NCBI GenBank assembly: GCA_048938445.1 | Contig: JBHLME010000028.1 | Location: forward strand, 5,257-29,256 | Direction of reading: 5' to 3' | Origin: Promethearchaeota archaeon | GTDB lineage: Archaea; Asgardarchaeota; Lokiarchaeia; Sigyniarchaeales; SOKP01 | DNA: 24,000 nucleotides | In this document: positions 17,484 through 24,000 of the stretch, piece after piece | How the letters are laid out: each line of letters opens with the position of its first letter | Numbering within the stretch: position 1 is the stretch's first letter | Position numbers and translations under genes: made by a program | Notes under the pieces: model-generated | What the model was told of the DNA's origin: nothing | Database searches by the model: none | Seen by the model: the letters and a program-made list of their open reading frames with translations, nothing else

Positions 17484-18395
17484 TTAGCTTTTTTCTAATA
17501 AACATAGAAAAAATCCGATAGTTTCATGAATATGAGGATATATTCTTTGAGTAAGATTTAAAGATTTGTTTAACTTCTTTCCATACACTTTTGTTAATCC
17601 TTCGATTCCATATTGATTTGATAGTTTTTTAATTGAAATGTCCGAATTTTCTTGTAAAATTTTATTGATTACTAATTCATTTTCTTCTGGAGCTATAGAA
17701 CAGGTGCAATATAGCATAAGCCCTCCAGAGTGCATTGCATCTAATCCTGCGTTTAATAATTTTGTTTGTAATGAAGCCATTTTTTCTATATCTTTCATGG
17801 TTTTACTTTTTTTCCTATTTGGATCGGTTTTAATTAATCCTTCGCCAGTACAGGGTGCATCTAAAAGTATTTTATCAGGTTTGATTTTAAAATGGGAAAT
17901 GTTTACTGCATCACTATGAAGAACAACAGAATTAAAGATACCCATTCTTCTCAAGTTCATCTTTAATGCAGAAATTCTTTCTTTTTTTTTTTCTATCAGA
18001 ATTAATTTTCCTTGGTTGTTCATTATTTGTGCTAGATGTGTTGATTTACTCCCTGGTGCCGCACACATATCGATTACAACTTCATTAGATTGTGGATTCA
18101 GAATCAATGGAGGGAGCATTGATGCTTTATTCTGAAGATAGTAATATCCTTGCAAAAATTCATGAAGTGATCCTAAATTACTGGTTTTTTTAATTACTTT
18201 AAATCCACATGGAATTTCTATAATTGGTTCTAATTTAAAACCTTTTTTTTCCAATCTAGTTCTTAATTTATCTTGTGAAATTTTCAAGGTATTTACTCGT
18301 ATAGTTGGTATCAAAGGTTCCTCGTTAGCTTCTAATAATTTGATAGTTTCATCTAATCCTAAAAAATCAAGATATCTCTCAATCATATATGGCAA
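17484..18395 (-). CDS. NOL1/NOP2/Sun-family RNA m5C methyltransferase
   Basis: DMCAAPGSKSTHLAQ, DAPCTGEG and YCTCSIAPEENE, including both conserved cysteines. Confidence 0.93.
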   Translation of the reverse strand: MPYMIERYLDFLGLDETIKLLEANEEPLIPTIRVNTLKISQDKLRTRLEKKGFKLEPIIEIPCGFKVIKKTSNLGSLHEFLQGYYYLQNKASMLPPLILNPQSNEVVIDMCAAPGSKSTHLAQIMNNQGKLILIEKKKERISALKMNLRRMGIFNSVVLHSDAVNISHFKIKPDKILLDAPCTGEGLIKTDPNRKKSKTMKDIEKMASLQTKLLNAGLDAMHSGGLMLYCTCSIAPEENELVINKILQENSDISIKKLSNQYGIEGLTKVYGKKLNKSLNLTQRIYPHIHETIGFFLCLLEKS

Positions 18396-18541
18396 ATATC
18401 CATATTTTTCTGAAAGTTCCTTAACTTCATAGTCATCTTGAGAGATTAGCTTTCAACTCCATTTAAATCCGCTAGTAATTAATATAAATAAATAGAAACT
18501 TAATAATAATTATTATCTTTAATTTTAAATAACAATTTAGT

Positions 18542-19147
18542 ATGATTGAAGTCGAAATAAAAGTCTTGATTAACAATCCAGATGAAATTAGAAAACAATT
18601 TGAACTTAAACAAGGACTTTATAAGTGTTCCTTAATTCACGAAGATACTTATTATAACATGCCTCGCGGATTAAGAGACTTCAGAAAATCAGATGAAGCA
18701 TTAAGAATTCGTAAATCAGTTGAGTTTAATAAACATGAGGAAATTCCTAATAAAAAAACTAAGTATTATTTAACTTATAAGGGTGCAAAATTTAATAAAG
18801 AAACAAAAACAAGAAAAGAATTAGAATCTTTGATACAAGATGGAGAAAAGATTAAAGAAATATTAAATTTATTAGGATTTAGAAAAATATTTACCGTAAA
18901 AAAGGAAAGGGAATTATTCTTTCTAACATTTAAAAATCATCAAATCGAAGCTTTAATAGATTTCATTCCCATTTTAAAGCAATATTTTATTGAAGTTGAG
19001 TATCAAGCAGAAACTAAAGAGAGAATTAGTGAAGTTCAAGAAATTCTCTTTAATTTCTTAGAATCTCTTGGTATAAAACGTGAGAGATCGATAATAAAGT
19101 CATATTTAGAGTTAATTGCAGAAAAAATAGGATTAAGAGAAAAATAG
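18542..19147 (+). CDS. CYTH-domain protein (CyaB/ThTPase-like)
   Basis: N-terminal IEVEIKV (ExExK) motif, ALRIRKS, YYLTYKG, regularly spaced charged strands. Confidence 0.85.
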   Translation: MIEVEIKVLINNPDEIRKQFELKQGLYKCSLIHEDTYYNMPRGLRDFRKSDEALRIRKSVEFNKHEEIPNKKTKYYLTYKGAKFNKETKTRKELESLIQDGEKIKEILNLLGFRKIFTVKKERELFFLTFKNHQIEALIDFIPILKQYFIEVEYQAETKERISEVQEILFNFLESLGIKRERSIIKSYLELIAEKIGLREK

Positions 19148-19154
19148 AAATTAT

Positions 19155-20291
19155 CTATTTAATACTATTCTTTACTGTTTCATGATGGCAAAAAGTGATA
19201 TTTCTGTTATCAGGAGTTATTAATTTTATTCCTTTTAATACCTCTACGGTGGATGCCAAAATCACCAAAGCTTCCTCATTTCCTATCAGTTCTACGTTAT
19301 CTTCAACCCTGCAATTATCACCGATAATAGCCTTTTCAATTTTCACGTTTTTTCCAATATAAGTCTTATCATATATCACAGAATCTCTGATTTTTGCACT
19401 ACTTTCAATAAAGACATTATCTCCTATTATTGCATTTGGTCCTATTTCACACCCATACCTTATCATTGCATGATCTCCAATTGTCACGGGAGGATTTATT
19501 GTAATATTTCCCTCATACTGAACATTATTAGAGATCAGATTCTCTTTTTTACCGTTCGCGTCTTTGATTAAAGAATTCATTAAAAGAATATTTCCTTCGA
19601 GTAAATCTTTTGGTTTACCTATATCACGCCAAATACCTTTAATAGAATAATTATATAGCTTGCCATCTCGTGCTAATTTTGGAAATACATCCTTTTCTAT
19701 AGATACTTTTGTATTTGCATCTATAAATGAAAAGATTTCTGGTTCTAAGATATATATACCAGCATTTACAGGCATGGGAACTTGTTTTCCTTCAGGATGA
19801 TTATATTTTTCTTTTTCTAGGAATTTCAAAATCTTCTCATTAGCATTATCTACAATCAAAACACCATACCTCGAAGGATCCTGGACTACTTGACTGCCAA
19901 TAGTAACGATCCCGCCAGTTTTTTTATGAAAGGTTAGCATTTCATTGAATTCGAAATTTAATACCTCATCACCATTTATCATGAAAAAATTATCATCTCG
20001 TAGGTAATATTCTGCTAATTTTAAAGCACCGCCTGTCCCCATGGGTTTTTCTTCGTCAGTGTAATGAATTTTTATGCCTAATTCTGTACCATCTTTAAAA
20101 TAATTTTTTAAAGCATCTGCCATGACACTTACTGCTAGTACTATTTCTTTAACTCCCGCAGATTTTAAAAGTATCATTAATCTCTCAATTACTGGTTTGT
20201 TCACTACAGGAATTAACGTCTTGGGTAATGCACAGGTAAGAGGGCGTAATCTAGTGCCCCAACCACCAGATAGAATAATCGCTTTTGTCAT
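19155..20291 (-). CDS. Sugar-1-phosphate nucleotidylyltransferase with C-terminal left-handed beta-helix repeats
   Basis: MTKAIILSGGWGTRLRPLTCALPKTLIPVVNKPVIE signature, FFMINGDEV, hexapeptide-like repeats in the C-terminal third. Confidence 0.93.
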   Translation of the reverse strand: MTKAIILSGGWGTRLRPLTCALPKTLIPVVNKPVIERLMILLKSAGVKEIVLAVSVMADALKNYFKDGTELGIKIHYTDEEKPMGTGGALKLAEYYLRDDNFFMINGDEVLNFEFNEMLTFHKKTGGIVTIGSQVVQDPSRYGVLIVDNANEKILKFLEKEKYNHPEGKQVPMPVNAGIYILEPEIFSFIDANTKVSIEKDVFPKLARDGKLYNYSIKGIWRDIGKPKDLLEGNILLMNSLIKDANGKKENLISNNVQYEGNITINPPVTIGDHAMIRYGCEIGPNAIIGDNVFIESSAKIRDSVIYDKTYIGKNVKIEKAIIGDNCRVEDNVELIGNEEALVILASTVEVLKGIKLITPDNRNITFCHHETVKNSIK

Positions 20292-20545
20292 GAAAATCTT
20301 AAGTTATATATTTTTAATATTCAATGAAGGTAAAACATAAAAAAATATTAATTATATATCATTTAAGACCCTTTATTAATTTAAACACTCATTTTGTCAT
20401 TTTATAAATTATCATCAGAATTTTTAATAGACATGAAACCTATTAAGATAATATTACTATTAGAAGATTCTATATCTTTTCAAAAAAGAATTTATAATGT
20501 AATAAATTAAAATTATTCAAAAAAGAAAAAAATTAATGATCATTA

Positions 20546-20917
20546 ATGATATGTATTCACGGTTTAGATGATAACAATTGTCCAATTTGCCGAATTAATG
20601 CTTCAACAATTCCTAAAGATTCAATCAAGATCTATGAACTTCATGTTAACGAATTAAAACCTTATTATCATGAATCAACATTAAAAGCAGATACAGTTGA
20701 CAAGATTAACTCAAAAACAAATCGTCATAAATCATTATTAAAAATGACGTCAATAAATCCCGTTCCCGAAGCTAAAACATTGAATGAACTACCAAATTTT
20801 GAAAATAAGATGTTTCAAGAGAGATTAAATGAATTAAGTTTTGATAAATCAGACAAGATTAAACTTTTGAAAAAAATATCTCTTGAAAGCCCAGAATGGA
20901 AATTTGAAGAGAAATAA
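20546..20917 (+). CDS. Hypothetical protein (123 aa) with N-terminal Cys/His cluster
   Basis: ORF starts MICIHGLDDNNCPICR (C-x-H-x6-C-x2-C), possible zinc site. Confidence 0.65.
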   Translation: MICIHGLDDNNCPICRINASTIPKDSIKIYELHVNELKPYYHESTLKADTVDKINSKTNRHKSLLKMTSINPVPEAKTLNELPNFENKMFQERLNELSFDKSDKIKLLKKISLESPEWKFEEK

Positions 20918-21024
20918 AATTTTTTTTTGATATAGAAATACATTCTATTTATAATAGCTATAATTATAAATCTTTAAATCTTAATATAAAGATAAGTTTT
21001 TAATATATATTATGAGGTGGTTCC

Positions 21025-21660
21025 TTGCAGATTACGTGGTTAGGACATGCTGCGTTCAAAATTAAAACAAATAATGGAAAAATAATCTTTTTAGATCCTT
21101 TTCAACTTTCTGAAGATGAAGAAAAAGCAGATATAATAATATCAACTCATATCCATGGAGATCATTTTTCGAGATTAGATATTAAAAAGATTTTGAAAGA
21201 GGATACTTTCTTATTAGGTCCTAAAAGTGAAGAGGATAAACTGTCAAAATTAAATGGAAGAGGATTGAATTTAAACGAGCCGATGGAAATAGATGAAATA
21301 AAAATTGAATTAGTTCCTTCATATACAATAATAAGGGGCACCCATCCTAAATCAAATGAATGGGCGGGTATTATAATTGAAGTTGAAGGTAAAAGAATAT
21401 ATCACGCAGGAGATACCGAACGCATTCCTGAAATGAAAGATCTCGCTCAAAAAAATATAACTGTAGCACTCCTACCTTGTGGAGGTCAATTTACCATGGA
21501 TTTTGAAATGTCTACTGATTGTGCTCTTGATATTAAACCAGAAATAGTAGTCCCAATGCATTCTTGGGGAGCAAATCTATCAGAATATAAAGAATTAATG
21601 GAGAGTAAAGATTCTAGCATTAAAGTTGAAATTTTAGAAAATAAATTATTAGAAATTTAA
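21025..21660 (+). CDS. MBL-fold metal-dependent hydrolase (UPF0173/UlaG-like)
   Basis: MQITWLGHAAFKI, STHIHGDHFS, YHAGDTERI, VPMHSW. TTG start preceded by GAGGTG at about 21014-21019. Confidence 0.92.
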   Translation: MQITWLGHAAFKIKTNNGKIIFLDPFQLSEDEEKADIIISTHIHGDHFSRLDIKKILKEDTFLLGPKSEEDKLSKLNGRGLNLNEPMEIDEIKIELVPSYTIIRGTHPKSNEWAGIIIEVEGKRIYHAGDTERIPEMKDLAQKNITVALLPCGGQFTMDFEMSTDCALDIKPEIVVPMHSWGANLSEYKELMESKDSSIKVEILENKLLEI

Positions 21661-21807
21661 TGAAAATCCTTTATTTAATTACCTATCGCTTTTTAATTTA
21701 TTTTATCCAAAATTTAACTTATAAATAATAATGAAACTGTTAAATTCATATAAAGATATAAAAATATTATAATAAAAAATAATTAAACATCAAAAGTTTG
21801 AGGTATC

Positions 21808-23520
21808 ATGGAATTAGATGACAATCTTATGGAAAATACCATGGTCGCATATATTTCAATGGAGATTGCGTTGGATAGTAATATTCCCACCTATAGCGGA
21901 GGTTTGGGTGTTCTTTCTGGTGATACAGTGAGATCGGCAGCAGATTTAGAAATCCCCATGGTAGCACTATGCTTATGTTATAGTTCAGGTTATTTTTATC
22001 AACTATTTAATGAAAGTGGGGAACAAAAAGAGAAGGAGATTGAATGGAACTTTTTTTTTGAATTTGAGAAAGTTGCGGAACCCATTTCTATGAAAATCGA
22101 AGATAAAGATGTTTTGGTTTCCGCTTGGCTTTATAAAGTTATTGGTCAATCAGGTCACATCATTCCCGTTTATTTACTTACAACCGACGTTGAAGGAAAC
22201 GAGGAATGGATGAAAAAAATGACAGGTTCATTATACGATTCGACATCACGATGGAATAGAATAGTTCAGGAAATGATATTAGGAATAGGCGGAGTAAAAT
22301 TATTAAAATCACTTGGTTATACAAATATTAAAACTATTCATCTTAATGAAGGACATGGTTCTTTCGCAGCCCTTGAATTATTACAAGAATGTGGAGGAGA
22401 TATTGAAAAAGTTAAGGAAAAAGTTGTATTTACCACCCACACACCTGTACCCGCAGGACATGATAAATTTTCATATGACTTAGTAGATAAAGTATTTCGA
22501 GACCGTATTCCTAAAAATATAAAGGATATAGCAGGTAAAGATGAATTAAACATGACCGTATTGGCTTTAAATCTAAGTCGTTATTGTAATGGTGTTGCAA
22601 AGAAACATGGAGAAATTTCGAGAGAAATGTTTCCTAATTATGAGATAGATCATATTACAAATGGTATTCATCTTCCATTTTGGATTTCAAAACCAATGCG
22701 TAAGATATTCAGCAGAAAATGGCCTAATTGGAGAGTAAATCCTTCCCTCCTTCAAAATGCTCTTGAATTAGATGATTTAGATGTGTTTGATGCTCATATT
22801 GCAAATAAATTTAACTTAATTAGTTATCAAAAAGGACATTCATGGAATTTACTTGATGAAGAACTCATTACAATAGGCTTTGCGCGAAGATTCGCAACTT
22901 ATAAACGTGCAACTCTTCTTTTTCATGATATTGACAGATTAGGTAAAATCTGTCATGGAAGGATACAATTTATCTTTGCAGGAAAGGCCCACCCTAAAGA
23001 CCAAATGGGAAAAGATTATATAAAAAAAATATTTGAATCAGGTGAATATTTGTATGACAATTATGGTGTGAAGGTCGTCCTCATGGAAAATTATAACATG
23101 GACTTGGCACACATGCTCGTGTCTGGTGTGGATATATGGCTCAACACGCCTAACCGTTATCGTGAAGCAAGTGGAACTAGTGGGATGAAAGCAGCGTTGA
23201 ATGGTGTTTTAAATCTAAGCGTATTAGATGGTTGGTGGCTTGAAGCATATAAAATGAATCCTTTAGCCGGATGGGCAATAGGATCAGATGATTCCGATCC
23301 TAAAGCTTTAGAGAACAATTGGGAAACGGATTCTAATTATATTTATGATCTTTTAGAAAAAAAAGTAATTCCTTCTTACATGGATCATGATGATTGGATT
23401 TTCAGGCAAAAAAATGCAATATCTTTGGCCGCATTTTTTAATACTCATAGAATGGTTGAGGAATATGCAGACAAAGCCTATGGCTTAAAAAGACAAAGAC
23501 CTTGGAAATACTTGAGATAA
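21808..23520 (+). CDS. glgP: Alpha-glucan phosphorylase (GT35)
   Basis: AYISMEIALDSNIPTYSGGLGVLSGDT, HLNEGHGSFAALE, NRYREASGTSGMKAALNGVLNLSVLDGWW (PLP-region motif). Confidence 0.95.
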   Translation: MELDDNLMENTMVAYISMEIALDSNIPTYSGGLGVLSGDTVRSAADLEIPMVALCLCYSSGYFYQLFNESGEQKEKEIEWNFFFEFEKVAEPISMKIEDKDVLVSAWLYKVIGQSGHIIPVYLLTTDVEGNEEWMKKMTGSLYDSTSRWNRIVQEMILGIGGVKLLKSLGYTNIKTIHLNEGHGSFAALELLQECGGDIEKVKEKVVFTTHTPVPAGHDKFSYDLVDKVFRDRIPKNIKDIAGKDELNMTVLALNLSRYCNGVAKKHGEISREMFPNYEIDHITNGIHLPFWISKPMRKIFSRKWPNWRVNPSLLQNALELDDLDVFDAHIANKFNLISYQKGHSWNLLDEELITIGFARRFATYKRATLLFHDIDRLGKICHGRIQFIFAGKAHPKDQMGKDYIKKIFESGEYLYDNYGVKVVLMENYNMDLAHMLVSGVDIWLNTPNRYREASGTSGMKAALNGVLNLSVLDGWWLEAYKMNPLAGWAIGSDDSDPKALENNWETDSNYIYDLLEKKVIPSYMDHDDWIFRQKNAISLAAFFNTHRMVEEYADKAYGLKRQRPWKYLR

Positions 23521-23580
23521 AATCTTTTTTTCCCTTATTCCTATATTTTATATTTTAGTGATTTTGGTATTTTTTATTTA

Positions 23581-24000
23581 TTAAGAACCATATAATGTAA
23601 ATGATCGTATCTGAATGAATTTATTAAGGTTATTTCGTTTGAAGTAATCTTCAAAAGTCTGAATGAAAATTTCTTCCATTATATTTATTCCAGAAATTAA
23701 ACCTTTCATGTCTTTGGATAAAAGTAACATGTATTCTGAGGTAATTATGATATAATAACACCCGGGTTCAATCGTTTTTCCAACACGTTGCTTTATTATA
23801 TCATTTGTCTTTTCTACAAGATCTCCTTTCGTAAAGAGAATTATTAAATAATTTTCAAAATATTCTTCTTCTAAATACGAATCTCTAATTCCAGAAGCTA
23901 TTAAGGGATTCTTAGTATAAGATTTAAATATATTTTGTAGTTTCGTTAATTCTTTTCTAAATGTATTCTTATTATGATAAAAAATTAATTCTTGACTTAA
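23581..24000 (-). CDS. Partial hypothetical protein running off right edge
   Basis: Not in the ORF track. Manual translation from base 24000 is open for 139 codons (LSQELIFYHNKNTFRKELTKLQNIFKSYTKNPLIASGI...YIIITSEYMLLLSKDMKGL...IRSFTLYGS*). Confidence 0.6.
   Translation of the reverse strand, partial: LSQELIFYHNKNTFRKELTKLQNIFKSYTKNPLIASGIRDSYLEEEYFENYLIILFTKGDLVEKTNDIIKQRVGKTIEPGCYYIIITSEYMLLLSKDMKGLISGINIMEEIFIQTFEDYFKRNNLNKFIQIRSFTLYGS

Noticed and set aside
1-24000. CRISPR array, transposon, phage or toxin-antitoxin module
   Set aside because: No regularly spaced repeats, transposase, integrase or phage structural motifs were seen. The only repeat array is the spacerless 20-bp tandem at 10911.

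Overview
This 24 kb AT-rich archaeal window most likely comes from an Asgard (Lokiarchaeota-like) genome. The strongest content is a compact ESCRT locus at about 13.05-16.78 kb: a Vps2/24/46-type ESCRT-III protein, an MIT-AAA Vps4 ATPase, a Vps25-type ESCRT-II protein with a long charged N-terminal extension, and an EAP30 (Vps22/36)-type protein. A Ras/Rab-like small GTPase lies about 4 kb upstream. Other genes are: partial GH20-like hexosaminidase (off left edge), phosphoglycerate kinase, URO-D-family protein, deoxyhypusine-synthase-family protein divergent from a pyruvoyl-dependent arginine decarboxylase, a freestanding ThrRS-type editing domain, PfkB kinase, NIP7-like protein next to a NOL1/NOP2/Sun m5C methyltransferase, CYTH protein, nucleotidyltransferase, MBL-fold hydrolase and alpha-glucan phosphorylase. 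Two intron-containing tRNAs were reconstructed by hand: tRNA-Val(GAC) with a D-loop intron, and tRNA-Gly(GCC) with two 30-nt introns in opposite strands of the anticodon stem. Notable anomalies are Arg in place of the catalytic Lys of the DHS-family protein, Ser in place of the first arginine finger in Vps4, a likely AUA start or homopolymer frameshift in the ThrRS-editing-like gene, and a degenerate G4 motif in the GTPase. I saw no CRISPR array, transposon or phage module.
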